Shown: positions 50,236 through 63,164, counted from the stretch's first letter. The stretch is DNA of 64,000 nt from Promethearchaeota archaeon (GCA_048937405.1 JBHLNF010000014.1:9546-73545); one strand, 5' to 3'. The notes: a model not told the origin generated them from the letters alone. Numbers and translations are program-made.

Positions 50236-50459
50236 ACTTTTCTACCACCATTTAATATTTTAACCATTTCATAATTCTTATGATAGAAAATTTTTGTAAA
50301 AAAACCATGTTTACGTTGACAAAATGGAAGATTTTTTGAAAAGGAATGATATTTTATACATTCATCACAATTTCCATGATTTTTACATCCTTTTTTAGGA
50401 CATGGACAATTATATCCATTTAATTCATTTTGGTTTGTGTTAATAATTATAACCTCCAA
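50232..50459 (-). CDS. Small Cys/His-rich metal-binding protein
   Basis: CPCPKKGCKNHGNCDECIKYH...LPFC; ATGA overlap with the flavodoxin gene. Confidence 0.7.
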   Translation of the reverse strand: MEVIIINTNQNELNGYNCPCPKKGCKNHGNCDECIKYHSFSKNLPFCQRKHGFFTKIFYHKNYEMVKILNGGRKV

Positions 50460-50690
50460 TAGAGTAATTTTCTTAAATTGAATATGAAATGCGTTAGAAT
50501 ATAATTTTAAGTTCAGTAGAAAGCTAATTAATTAATTTATTTCAATACTAAACTTAATCAAGTTTTAAACTAATCAGTTGAAAAAAGATCTATTTAATCA
50601 ATCTTTTTATAAATTTTTTGAGAAATTTATTATATCCATTCTCTATTAAATATTAGATTTATAAAAGAATTTATGTGATTCTAATATAAA

Positions 50691-52139
50691 TTACTTCCAA
50701 ATGTTTATACCCTTAACCTCTAAGTTATTAAAGATTTGATTTATATCTTTTTCTTTCCCATAAGCTATTGGGGTATTTACAATATATAAATCTTTAAGGA
50801 AATGAAGATCTAAAATTGCCTCAGGGATAGATGTTATTGGGTTATTGTTCAACCATAAAACCTTTAATGAACGTAATTTATTTATATTTTGGGGTATATT
50901 TTTTATTTTATTATTACTCAAATCTAAAATTTCGAGATTTGTCAATCCCGATTCAATATAAGGGAATTCTTCTAATTGATTAAAACTTAAACCTAAAATT
51001 TTTAAAGACGCCATTTCATTCATATTTTCAGGAAATCTTATTATCTGATTACCCCATGCTGATAATATTTCTAGTTTTTTTAATCTGGAAATTGATCTAG
51101 GTAAAAGCTGAAGAAGATTATGGTTTAAATATAGTTCTTTAAGGTTTATAAGATTCCCAATTTCTTCAGGGAGTTCAATTACATGATTATCACTTAAATC
51201 TAATACTTTAAGAGGAGTTAAATTCCCTATTGAGCTTGGGAGATATTTTATGTTATTCTTAGCTATATAAAGCGCTTTTAAGTCCCTAAAATTGCCTATT
51301 GAAGAAGGTAATGCTTTTAAACCGCATCGATTAAATCCTAAAGCAGTCACCATACTTTCATTGTAAGAAAATCCTATATTAATATGCTTATTTATATTTT
51401 CAAAATGTTTTATAGGATTAATTAAAAATGTATGTGAATGAATTAAATTAATCTTTATAATGTTTAATAGAGCTTCACTTTCAAGTTCATCTAGAATAAG
51501 GTGATATTTATTCTTATGCTCATGTTCTATTTGTTCAAAGAATATTTCCATCAAAACCTCAAGTTCATCATTACTAAAATAATCAAGATAATTTTCTTGA
51601 ATCAAATAGTGGGCAACATTAGTAGAGAGATTCTCTAATCTTTCAGCAACTTCATCTTTAAATACCTGTTTTGCTTTGGGATCTCCAAGATCAGTTAATT
51701 TTTTAAGAAGCGGAAAGGCTAAATTGCTATGAAGGAGACTTGTATCATAAAAATTTTCAGACCATGCTTGTAAATTTGAGCAATGTCCCCAAAATTCAAT
51801 CTCAGGAGTTAATTGATTGTATTTTATTTCAGTTTCTAAGGAGTGATCAAGTCTCTCACTAACATCATCAATAGACATAAAAGTATCGAAATCCTCTAAA
51901 TTATCTTTTGGTATTTCAATCAATAAATATTTACACTGGAGAAATTTTTCATCCTTAACATAAATAACAGTTTTTTCATTTTCAAGTTTTAATGTTATAA
52001 AAGGATTTATTTTATATTCAGTTATTGTATTTTTTGTTGGTTTAATATCTTCGATTGTGTATTTAATCTTAGTTCCACATTTACGACAGTAATTATAAGT
52101 AGTTTTATTCCTTGTTCCACATTTGGGGCAAAATAACAT
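50691..52139 (-). CDS. Zinc-ribbon plus Lokiarchaeia-type domain plus leucine-rich repeats
   Basis: CPKC...CRKC; YKINPFITLKLE...EFWGHCSNLQAW; ~8 LRRs (LxxLxLxxNxIxxLP). Confidence 0.88.
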   Translation of the reverse strand: MLFCPKCGTRNKTTYNYCRKCGTKIKYTIEDIKPTKNTITEYKINPFITLKLENEKTVIYVKDEKFLQCKYLLIEIPKDNLEDFDTFMSIDDVSERLDHSLETEIKYNQLTPEIEFWGHCSNLQAWSENFYDTSLLHSNLAFPLLKKLTDLGDPKAKQVFKDEVAERLENLSTNVAHYLIQENYLDYFSNDELEVLMEIFFEQIEHEHKNKYHLILDELESEALLNIIKINLIHSHTFLINPIKHFENINKHINIGFSYNESMVTALGFNRCGLKALPSSIGNFRDLKALYIAKNNIKYLPSSIGNLTPLKVLDLSDNHVIELPEEIGNLINLKELYLNHNLLQLLPRSISRLKKLEILSAWGNQIIRFPENMNEMASLKILGLSFNQLEEFPYIESGLTNLEILDLSNNKIKNIPQNINKLRSLKVLWLNNNPITSIPEAILDLHFLKDLYIVNTPIAYGKEKDINQIFNNLEVKGINIWK

Positions 52140-52482
52140 CTTATTTTTATAACTGCTAGGATAATATATAGTTTTTTTATTTTATAATAGACTAGGCTTT
52201 TATATACTTATTCGCTTTTTATTTAAAGTAATGTATTTCAACTCTTTTTGGTTGTATTAATATTATATCTAAAGAAAAAGCTATCGCAACGCTTGCTAAC
52301 ATAATTTATACTCAAAATTAGTAATTAAATATCAGAGGAAGAGTCATATTAATATATTTTTATTCATTTGTCATTTCATATCCTTATTTTATTGAATAAA
52401 GATTTAGATATGACAGTTGATTTCCATTTCTAAGCTATAATAATAGAATCAACAATTTAGTATGAATCTGAAAAAAAGAAGG

Positions 52483-53229
52483 CTATTTTTTATATTCAGT
52501 TTCATCTACAATTAAATTTGGATCAGTCAATCCTTTTTGGATTTTCGTTAAAATATATTTACGAAATTCCTTACTTGTAAATCCATGGGCTCCAAATTGT
52601 TTAAGTTCCTGTATCTTCTTTCTTTTTTCATCACTTATCCTTTCATTAACCCTTATAGCCTCTTCCACCAAAGTTGATCCTAACAATAGGCTAAATAGAA
52701 AGAATGTAACTAAAGCAGCATTTTTTTCTTTGATCTCTCCTTGATCAATTGCCTTTTGAATTACTCGAATTGTTCCTTCTAGAAATTTAAATGGTTTATA
52801 TTCTTTTTCATACCTACCAAGTTTATTTGATGGGGGTGACTGCATAAAGTGCATCATTCTAAAAGCCGCAAAATCATTTTCTGCAAACTCAAAAAAGTGT
52901 TCAAAAATTATTAATAACAGATCTATAGTACTACCTTTAAAATCTTTTATGATATCTTTAATTTCATTCCGATATTGTTCATAATACTTTTTTCTTATAG
53001 CTAACCATAATTCTCGTTTGCTCGCTACATAATTATATAAATTGTTTTGATTCATTCCAAGAGATCTAGCTAAAGCCCGTAAACTAAACCCATCTCTACC
53101 CTTTTCTAAAAATAACTTTTTTCCAGCCTCTAAAATTATTTCAAATTGAGCTGCTTTTTTTTCAGGTGAACGACTTCTTGATTTCTTGTCAATTTTCTTA
53201 CTTTTCTTTTTTTCAATCATACTTCTCAC
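52483..53229 (-). CDS. TetR/AcrR-family regulator
   Basis: ILEAGKKLFLEKG..GFSLRALARSLGM...LYNY..SKREL. Confidence 0.9.
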   Translation of the reverse strand: MRSMIEKKKSKKIDKKSRSRSPEKKAAQFEIILEAGKKLFLEKGRDGFSLRALARSLGMNQNNLYNYVASKRELWLAIRKKYYEQYRNEIKDIIKDFKGSTIDLLLIIFEHFFEFAENDFAAFRMMHFMQSPPSNKLGRYEKEYKPFKFLEGTIRVIQKAIDQGEIKEKNAALVTFFLFSLLLGSTLVEEAIRVNERISDEKRKKIQELKQFGAHGFTSKEFRKYILTKIQKGLTDPNLIVDETEYKK

Positions 53230-53599
53230 AAGACTAGAAAAAAAATAGAGATATATTCTATTATTGCATTCTAAATCGTATTAATTTGTCAAATATTGAA
53301 ATTAATTGATAATATATAAAAATTATTACTAAAACGTTAAAGATTATTAAAAAAAAGAAAAATCTATTAATATTATCTTGATTTACTTATTAAAAAAATT
53401 CTTCATAAATTTTTATCAAAATTCATTTTTTTCAATCATCATATTCATAATATATAACTATACTTTGGTTTTCAGGTTCAATTCCAAGAGCTGAAATAAT
53501 TATGTCTTATTAAGAATGCTTAATAGTACTTAATTAGATTCAATAAAACCTTAAGTAAGAATGAATAAAATGAGATAAAAAAAAAGTAGAAAATTTTTT

Positions 53600-55849
<2,250 letters not shown>

Positions 55850-56041
55850 TTATAAAGAATCTAAAGTAGATTGTCAGAAAGATTCCTAAATAATAACTAT
55901 TATTTTCTATTTATAGTTTTTAAAAAAGATTATGCTTATATCTTATAAATACTACTCTTTATTTGGATTTAATCTTATTGGTAAGAAGAATAACTTTTAT
56001 AACTCATTTTAATCATAGCTTAATTTTTATAGATGAAATAA

Positions 56042-56488
56042 ATGATAGAAGTATATTTAAAAGGGAAAAAAAGAGATAAAATTATAGGATTGGTTGATGG
56101 GAAAAAATATTTAAATAAAAAGAAAAAATTATGGGGTTATTTAGACGAAAAAATCGCTAAAGATAAAAGGGGATATCCTCTCCTGTATCTAAAAGATGAT
56201 GGTAAGATAACTCTAAACGAGGATTGGGATTATGAAGAACAAGGTTATCTAACAGAGAATAAAATCTATTATTGCGATACTGATGAATTGATTTTGTCTT
56301 TTCATAAGGATAAAAAAGAAATTCAAAATCATTTAAATAATGAGACAATTTACTTAAGAGGAGATGGTATTGATTCACTCACAAATTTGGATTTTTTTGG
56401 AATTTCTGCAATAATGCTTGAGTTATTTGCTGGAGCTGGATCAGATGAGGGAGTAGATATTGAAGACTTTTTAGATGATTTGCTTTGA
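56042..56488 (+). CDS. Hypothetical protein
   Basis: 148-aa ORF, beta-rich N-terminus, acidic tail. Confidence 0.65.
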   Translation: MIEVYLKGKKRDKIIGLVDGKKYLNKKKKLWGYLDEKIAKDKRGYPLLYLKDDGKITLNEDWDYEEQGYLTENKIYYCDTDELILSFHKDKKEIQNHLNNETIYLRGDGIDSLTNLDFFGISAIMLELFAGAGSDEGVDIEDFLDDLL

Positions 56489-56633
56489 TATTTATATTTA
56501 AAAAAAATATTAATACATTTATCCTAATCTTGGATCAGATAACTCAATCCATGTTTCTTCAATTAACCAGTAAATTCTTGCTATATTAGTTGGATCTCTC
56601 ATCCGAATCATTTAATTTAAATTAGTTAACATT

Positions 56634-57080
56634 TTATTTTGACTTTAAAACATCCTTATCTAGCTCTAAGATAATATAGATAAATGAAGGAAAAAATAGA
56701 TAAATTAAATCTTTTCCAAATGTAGTAATTTGATAAGAAACACGAACTGGCTTACCTGTGTGGACAATCCTCTCTATAAGTCTCTTTTCTTCTATTTGTT
56801 TTAATCGAGTTGAGAGTGTTCGGGTATTGATTTCTGGTAGACTTTTTCTTAAATCTGTATAATACAAATTCTCTTGAAAAAAAATCATAAAAAGTATATC
56901 TATCGTCCATTTTCCTTGTAAAAATGTGGATACTTCATGAATAAAACTTCTATCCATTTTTATTACTCTTTCTTTTCCTTTCTTTTTTTGGAATTGTCTA
57001 TTAATACCTAAAGCGACTGATTCTTGAAGTTTCGGAATCATTTCAATAACTTCTTTAAAATTGCTTAGATCAAAAGCCAT
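56634..57080 (-). CDS. HxlR-family winged-helix regulator
   Basis: LQGKWTIDIL...LRKSLPEINTRTLSTRLKQIE...PVRVSYQITTFG. Confidence 0.9.
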   Translation of the reverse strand: MAFDLSNFKEVIEMIPKLQESVALGINRQFQKKKGKERVIKMDRSFIHEVSTFLQGKWTIDILFMIFFQENLYYTDLRKSLPEINTRTLSTRLKQIEEKRLIERIVHTGKPVRVSYQITTFGKDLIYLFFPSFIYIILELDKDVLKSK

Positions 57081-57228
57081 CGATTTTTCATCTATTTATT
57101 AGTTGGTTTACTATAAGATAGTAGGTGTAAAAATGTAAACAAATTGAAATGTGATATACTTTGAAATTTAAATATAATAATGTCTTTTTACTTTTTAAAG
57201 TTACTTTATTTTTTAAAGTGAAAAAGAA

Positions 57229-58035
57229 ATGTTCGTTGAGATACAAAATATTAAAATTTATTATGAAGCCTATGGCGAAGGAACTCCTTTGATTCTCATT
57301 CACGGTCATGGAGAAAGTACATATATATGGAGGCATATGATGGCTATTCTCGCCAAGAAGTATTCAGTATATGCTTTGGATCTAAAAGGTTTTGGAAACT
57401 CTGATAAACCATTAGATGGTGATTATTCTATTAAGTCAATGTCAACTCTTATTATTAATTTTATGGATAAATTACAGATTCAAAAAGCGATTCTTGTTTG
57501 CCATTCCTTCGCAGGAAAAATTGGAATCTTCACAATAGTTAAGCACCCAAAAAGGATACTAGGATTAGTACTCTTAGGGTGTGCTATTGGAGAATTTAAA
57601 ATATGGGAATCTTTTAAAATTATGCAAAATAAAAACATCGGGGAAAAAATTATAAATAGTTATAATGAAAAAAATGTAAGGTTGATTCTTGAGAGACTTC
57701 ATGATAAAACATATGAGATCTCCGATAAAGATATTGAAGAAAATATAAAAATCAAAGGAAATATAGCTAGGATTAATGCATTCCTAGAATATTTTATTGA
57801 TTTTATGAAGGAAGACAATTACTTTAAGTATTTAGATAATATTGATATACCTACACTTATAATTTGGGGTCTTAATGATAATTTTATTTCTGTGGAACAT
57901 GGAGAAATGATCTCTAAGAAAATTAAAAATTCAAAATTGGAAACTTTAGAAAACTGTGGTCATAGTATTAGTGAAGATCAACCAAAGCGAGTTAGTGAAT
58001 TAATTATTGAATATTTTATTAATTTATATGGTTAA
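57229..58035 (+). CDS. Alpha/beta hydrolase
   Basis: LIHG, DLKGFGNS, CHSFAG, WGLND, CGH; divergent from HxlR. Confidence 0.9.
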   Translation: MFVEIQNIKIYYEAYGEGTPLILIHGHGESTYIWRHMMAILAKKYSVYALDLKGFGNSDKPLDGDYSIKSMSTLIINFMDKLQIQKAILVCHSFAGKIGIFTIVKHPKRILGLVLLGCAIGEFKIWESFKIMQNKNIGEKIINSYNEKNVRLILERLHDKTYEISDKDIEENIKIKGNIARINAFLEYFIDFMKEDNYFKYLDNIDIPTLIIWGLNDNFISVEHGEMISKKIKNSKLETLENCGHSISEDQPKRVSELIIEYFINLYG

Positions 58036-58079
58036 AGATAAAAATATTTTTTTAATCCTAGGATTACTTTAGATAAAAA

Positions 58080-58193
58080 TTATTTTTGTTTTTCCCATTT
58101 TTTTAGAGAAGCGACCTCAGAAAGAGTGGATCCCCGCTCAATTTCTTCTCTAATTCGATTTTCTCTTTCCATAACGTCAATTGCTCTATTAGC
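58080..58193 (-). repeat. Diverged direct copy of the last 114 bp of the hps-rraA gene (61170-61283)
   Basis: Ungapped alignment at offset 3090, 10 mismatches; encodes ANRAIDVMERENRIREEIERGSTLSEVASLKKWEKQK*. Confidence 0.95.
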
Positions 58194-58228
58194 ATTTTAC
58201 GTTTTCCTTCATAGAGAGCTGCTTTCAT
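58103..58228 (-). pseudogene. Chimeric remnant: N-terminus resembling a Zn-dependent alcohol dehydrogenase, fused out of frame to the hps 3' copy
   Basis: SD GAGGTGA (58233-58239), then ATG 58228, MKAALYEGKRKM, then the repeat begins. Confidence 0.55.
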
Positions 58229-58412
58229 TTTTTCACCTCTCTTCTCTTGGTTAACAATTATTTTATTAGAATATTTCTATATCCACTTGTTTTCTATTAT
58301 ATTTTACTTAATATCAAATTATATTGTATAATTAAAGTCTACTAGCGTAGATATTATTAAAAAAAATATTGCTTAATTAAGAAAAAGAAATAAAAAAATG
58401 TACTTTATTGAA

Positions 58413-60815
58413 TTACGGCCAAATCTCATTGTTCTGTTGAAAATTCACTGTAAATAACTTATGAAGATCCTCTGTAGTTTCAACATTAGGCACCCGTTTC
58501 CCAGAAAAGTTTAAAAACTCCTCAGGTACATATATTACAAAGTCCAAAGGTTCAACCTTACCTCTTTTCAAATCTCTAAAATATCTGTTTATTGCTCTGG
58601 TATCCGGATGAGAACGTAATTCACCTGCGTATTTTCCTCCATTTTGGGTTAAATCAGCGTAAAACAAAGCATCACTGTATAGACTCGGAAAAACCATTGA
58701 AAATGGGAATTCTGGACCATATAACATATTACCAATTCCAAGATACTCTGCATACTGAACACTTGGCCACTTTCCATTACCGCATCTACGCCCTGGAATA
58801 AAAGGGTCATCTAGTTCCATAGGTATGAGAGAAACCACTAAAGCAATGGCACAAGCATTTGCGAGCGATCTCTCACCCATTACATCATGACCATCAGGAT
58901 TGTATTGTTTATTACTGATTTTTAACCAAGTACTATTTAATTTATAGTGTCCCTTTAAATAACCTAGTTTTTCTTTGCCTATTGAAGAAATAGAATTAGC
59001 TGCTAAATGCAGAAGTAAAGATACGGCTCCTGTTTTTCCAAATTCCTCATAGGTGATCACTCCATCATTATTCTCATCAAACTCTTTGATAAGTTCTTCT
59101 TTTAAGTTTGTCCCATCTAATTCATCTTGAGCAGCTAAATAATTAAGAGTTGATTGTTGCATATCCCATGGTACTTTATAAATATCGTAAAAAAGAGTGC
59201 TGGTAATAATATCACAAAAATTATCATCTATGATAGATCCTAAGTGTCCGTTAAGGGATATTATAGGTGATTCAGTCAAAACATCATATCCGCTAACATA
59301 ATAACCCTTTTTTCCCAAGCCTCTCTCTTCTGCACGGTCAAATGTAACATCTCTAGATAGTGGACAATCGTATCCTTCAGTTGATATAATGTTTTTCCCA
59401 TCAACTTTAGGTATGGGTACTTTCTGGGGGAAACCTCCCGCAGTTCCTCCTTCTAACTTAACTTCAAGAGATTCTTTGAGGGGAACATTTGAAAACATAT
59501 AACGGGCACATAAGAGATCGGTTGCAACAGGATCTAAACCTGCAAAAACCATTCCCTCTGCAGTTTTTACTCCGGTACCGAGTCCTTGATGATCTAGATT
59601 TATTGCTTCAATACCATCAACTATGTGAAACATTAAAATTCCTTGATTGTTTACAGCTTTAATAATGTCAATCATAGTACTTAGAATTCCTCCAGTTTTA
59701 TTTATTATATAGTTTCCTTCAGAATCTCTCTTAGGGAGAGTGTTTATTCGATCAATTTCAGGAATCCAAACTTGATGTGGAATATCTGCTTTCATTCCTA
59801 CGACAGTAGTACCATTAGGTGCGCAGTAATCCCATTTATAATCCCCTTCACTTGAATATTGCATAGGATAAAGACCGATTCCCAAATTCTTTATAATATT
59901 CGTAAATATAGTAATAGCATGTACTTTGAATTTTGGGACATTTATTAACACACATCCTGGATAAGCTTTCCTATCCTCTGGATCATCAGGATCACCGCCG
60001 GTTATAGCTTTATGTAGTACAATTGACTTAAAATTCACCCCATCAGGTACAGCACATTTCCTCCCCTTATTTGGATCGTCATATATTCGGTTTAAGTCAT
60101 ACACCATCAATTTGTCGGAAACATGTCCCGGAGCTATATATGTACCATTAACACTTTCTTCGTGTCCTTTAAAAGGATCCTCACTGTCTCCTTCCTTTAA
60201 TGACTCAAAGAGATATTTGCGAGCAAAATAGAACCCCCAGCCTCCGTAAAAGTCTCCTGATTTTCCCTCAAGGACTGCCTCAGGAGTAATTTCTTTCCCT
60301 TCTGGATTAATTAGAGAATACATGTTAGCTACTGCTGTGACCGTCGTTGCTGCTTCTCCCAGTGACATCTTATAATAACTTATCCCCGCTTTTTCATGAA
60401 ACCACCTCATTAAAGCTGCTATTAATGCCCATTCTGTACATGCCGTATTACCATGACCAGGTCCATGAGTTTCTGGATCTATGTTCATAGGATTTACAGT
60501 ATTAGGTTTAAACAAAATTTTCTGACCTAATTTGAACTTTTCCTTAATTTGAGCAATAAATGATGTTGCTTGCTCTAAGAAAGATAATACATAATCTAAA
60601 TTGTTGTAGGTATAGTCAATTTTTGTTTTTATTTGATCCCAGCTTTCTTGATCGGAATCATTAATAAACTTCTGGAGTAATTCATTCATACCTTCATAAG
60701 ATTTGCTGACATCCATCCTAACAACCCCTATTGGGGAACCAGAAGAATCACTCTCTTGCCTTCCCAAAGGGGAATTGAAACTTATTGTTTTTTCATTATT
60801 CATGCTAATAACCAT
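58413..60815 (-). CDS. Large DUF362-like protein with an EF-hand loop
   Basis: ILFKPN, LGEAA, LINVPKFKVH, KNLGIG, IVDGI, DPVATD; DENNDGVITYEE at 59043-59078. Confidence 0.75.
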   Translation of the reverse strand: MVISMNNEKTISFNSPLGRQESDSSGSPIGVVRMDVSKSYEGMNELLQKFINDSDQESWDQIKTKIDYTYNNLDYVLSFLEQATSFIAQIKEKFKLGQKILFKPNTVNPMNIDPETHGPGHGNTACTEWALIAALMRWFHEKAGISYYKMSLGEAATTVTAVANMYSLINPEGKEITPEAVLEGKSGDFYGGWGFYFARKYLFESLKEGDSEDPFKGHEESVNGTYIAPGHVSDKLMVYDLNRIYDDPNKGRKCAVPDGVNFKSIVLHKAITGGDPDDPEDRKAYPGCVLINVPKFKVHAITIFTNIIKNLGIGLYPMQYSSEGDYKWDYCAPNGTTVVGMKADIPHQVWIPEIDRINTLPKRDSEGNYIINKTGGILSTMIDIIKAVNNQGILMFHIVDGIEAINLDHQGLGTGVKTAEGMVFAGLDPVATDLLCARYMFSNVPLKESLEVKLEGGTAGGFPQKVPIPKVDGKNIISTEGYDCPLSRDVTFDRAEERGLGKKGYYVSGYDVLTESPIISLNGHLGSIIDDNFCDIITSTLFYDIYKVPWDMQQSTLNYLAAQDELDGTNLKEELIKEFDENNDGVITYEEFGKTGAVSLLLHLAANSISSIGKEKLGYLKGHYKLNSTWLKISNKQYNPDGHDVMGERSLANACAIALVVSLIPMELDDPFIPGRRCGNGKWPSVQYAEYLGIGNMLYGPEFPFSMVFPSLYSDALFYADLTQNGGKYAGELRSHPDTRAINRYFRDLKRGKVEPLDFVIYVPEEFLNFSGKRVPNVETTEDLHKLFTVNFQQNNEIWP

Positions 60816-61169
60816 TCGCCTTTATTTTATTTTAGATACAAATGAACAGTCATTTTTATTGTTATTTAAGTTTTTCTTAGATTAGATTAAAATTTTTAAG
60901 CTGAAATATTGTTAAATTTTTATTTTCACTGCTCATACACAAATAAACTTAATCCAATCGATTTTAAAGTTAAAGAAATAACCAATCTGGCCTTATCATA
61001 TAACATCGGTTACAAATTAGCCCAAACAACCTTAAAGATGAAATTAGTAAAGATCAGCCCAAGCAAGTAAGTCAGTTAATTTTTGAATTTTTTAGCGATT
61101 TTTGAGGACTTGGATAAAATAGATATGTCTTTTTTTTCATTTTTTATGGAGAATCATTTAGAAAAAACT

Positions 61170-62507
61170 TTATTTTTGTTTTTCCCATTTCTTTAGGTAA
61201 GCGACCTCAGAAAGCGTGGATCCACGCTTAATTTCTTCTCTAATCCGATTTTCTCTTTCCATCACATCAATAGCTCTATTAGCCATTTCTTGGGCTTTAT
61301 TTTTGGGAATAACTACAACACCAGAATCATCCCCTACAATCCAATCTCCTGGATTAACTAATTGATTAGCGCATTCGATACTTACATTTGTTTCACCTAA
61401 TCCTCTGGGTTCTCCTGCTGTTGGTGTAAAATGACGTGCAAAAACAGGAAATTTCATACTTTTTATATCATCAATATCTCTTACAGCACCATCAATAATA
61501 ACTCCTTCAATTCCTTTAATTTTACAGCTCCATGATGCAAGTTCACCCCATACTGCATCCTTTCCTTCACATGCATCAATTACTATGACATCACCTTTAT
61601 TAGCTTCTTCAATTGCTTCAACTGGTTTACTCCAATCTCCATTATAAGCTCGAACTGTGTAAGCTGGACCTAAAAATTTCAATGGACAGTCCAGAGATCC
61701 TGACCATACAGGTTTTAATCCCTGAAGTTCACCATCTCTATGCATAGCATCTGAAATATTTGGAGTAGACACTTTCATAAATGCTTCACGAATTTGAGTC
61801 TTATCATATTTTTTAAACAAGGTTGATTCAATTGGTTCAGCTAATTTAATTGCCTTCTTAATTTTTTTTGCCGTTAATTCTGGATCTGGGGATTTATACA
61901 GAGCGCCTCCTACAATAATTACATCAACACCGATTTTTTTTGCTTTAGCTGCAGTCTCACTATTTATTCCTCCTGCAATTGCTAACCAAGTTGTAGGATC
62001 AAGATTATCTTTTAATTTATTTGCCACTTCTAAAGTCTTTTCTCCGCCATGAATCGTTTGCTGATCTATCCCCACATGTGAACAAATCATACCCACTCCT
62101 AGTTTTTCTAGTTCTAATGCTCTCTTGATAAGATTTTCAGGTGGGATATCAATCGTATCGCAACCTAACATAACCCCATATTGTTTTGCAGCTTGAATCG
62201 CTTCTGTTATTGAAGCATTATCACTACCCCCTAACATCAGTACAATATTCGCTCCAGCTTTTGCAGCAATTTCAATTTCAATTGAACCTCCGTCTACGGT
62301 CTTCATGTCTGCTACCAATATTCTATTAGGAAATTTTTTATGTAACGCTCTTAGTATATCTATACCTTCAGATTTAATCAAAGGAGTACCAGCTTCAATC
62401 CAATCAACCCCTCCATTTAATGCCTCTTCGGCTATTTGCAAGGCTCGATGTTTATTTATTAAGTCTAGTGCGATTTGAAGATATGGTTCTTCTCTTTTTT
62501 CTAACAT
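61170..62507 (-). CDS. hps: 3-hexulose-6-phosphate synthase-like domain fused to an RraA/MenG-like domain
   Basis: LQIALD, IEAGTPLIKSEG, ADMKTVD; C-terminal STPNISDAM, AVWGEL, IDGAVRD, PGDWIVGDDSGVV. Confidence 0.85.
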   Translation of the reverse strand: MLEKREEPYLQIALDLINKHRALQIAEEALNGGVDWIEAGTPLIKSEGIDILRALHKKFPNRILVADMKTVDGGSIEIEIAAKAGANIVLMLGGSDNASITEAIQAAKQYGVMLGCDTIDIPPENLIKRALELEKLGVGMICSHVGIDQQTIHGGEKTLEVANKLKDNLDPTTWLAIAGGINSETAAKAKKIGVDVIIVGGALYKSPDPELTAKKIKKAIKLAEPIESTLFKKYDKTQIREAFMKVSTPNISDAMHRDGELQGLKPVWSGSLDCPLKFLGPAYTVRAYNGDWSKPVEAIEEANKGDVIVIDACEGKDAVWGELASWSCKIKGIEGVIIDGAVRDIDDIKSMKFPVFARHFTPTAGEPRGLGETNVSIECANQLVNPGDWIVGDDSGVVVIPKNKAQEMANRAIDVMERENRIREEIKRGSTLSEVAYLKKWEKQK

Positions 62508-62533
62508 ATTATATACACATACCTTAATATTAA

Positions 62534-63040
62534 TTATTTAATTATATTTTTACGAAATTTGTGAAAATCAACATAAGAAGTAGTGAGTAATAAATCAGAA
62601 TTTGCTAGACTAACAATTTCTCCAGAAGAATTAAAGACTTGAGCAATTGCATGTAAAAGATATTTACCCTCTCTTAAAATTTTGGCCTTAATTCGTACTT
62701 TTTCACCTATTTCTATTTTTCCTAAAAAACTTACTTGGATTCCGATTGTTATCACGCCGGTTTCATATCCTAAACCATAAGCAGCATAACCAATCGTATT
62801 GTCTATCATAGCACATATCATTCCACCATGCAATAATCCAGTTGAATTATCCATTTCTGGTTGTGTGTCATATTTAATTTCAATTTCTCCTCTTTTAATA
62901 TAAGTTAATCTACCACTACACCATTTTGAAAAAGGAGGAACAGAGGCTTCTTTTAATTCTTTTTCTTTTATATTATTATACCAGCGAAGCCTTTGCATTG
63001 AATTTTCAGCTATTTTTTTATCCAACATCTTTAATTTCAA
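62534..63040 (-). CDS. PaaI-family hotdog thioesterase
   Basis: NSTGLLHGGMICAMIDN. Confidence 0.85.
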   Translation of the reverse strand: MKLKMLDKKIAENSMQRLRWYNNIKEKELKEASVPPFSKWCSGRLTYIKRGEIEIKYDTQPEMDNSTGLLHGGMICAMIDNTIGYAAYGLGYETGVITIGIQVSFLGKIEIGEKVRIKAKILREGKYLLHAIAQVFNSSGEIVSLANSDLLLTTSYVDFHKFRKNIIK

Positions 63041-63164
63041 CTTTAACTCTATAGTAATTTAACTCTTTAGTAAAGTTTAAATTTATTTTAAGATTGTGTA
63101 TAAAGTTATTAGATAGTTTAAACTATCAAGAAAAATTTATAATTATTATTCTATTTATAAAAAT

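Noticed and set aside
60960-61080. Slightly GC-richer intergenic patch with two AGCCCAA copies
   Set aside because: No convincing ORF, fold or known motif could be supported.
58194-61169. Insertion as a transposon or integrative element
   Set aside because: No transposase or integrase and no terminal inverted repeats; the flanking copies are long and diverged, unlike a target-site duplication.
62534-63040. PaaI thioesterase as part of the synthase system
   Set aside because: It is about 35 kb away and appears co-transcribed with hps-rraA; the cluster has its own coupled hydrolase.
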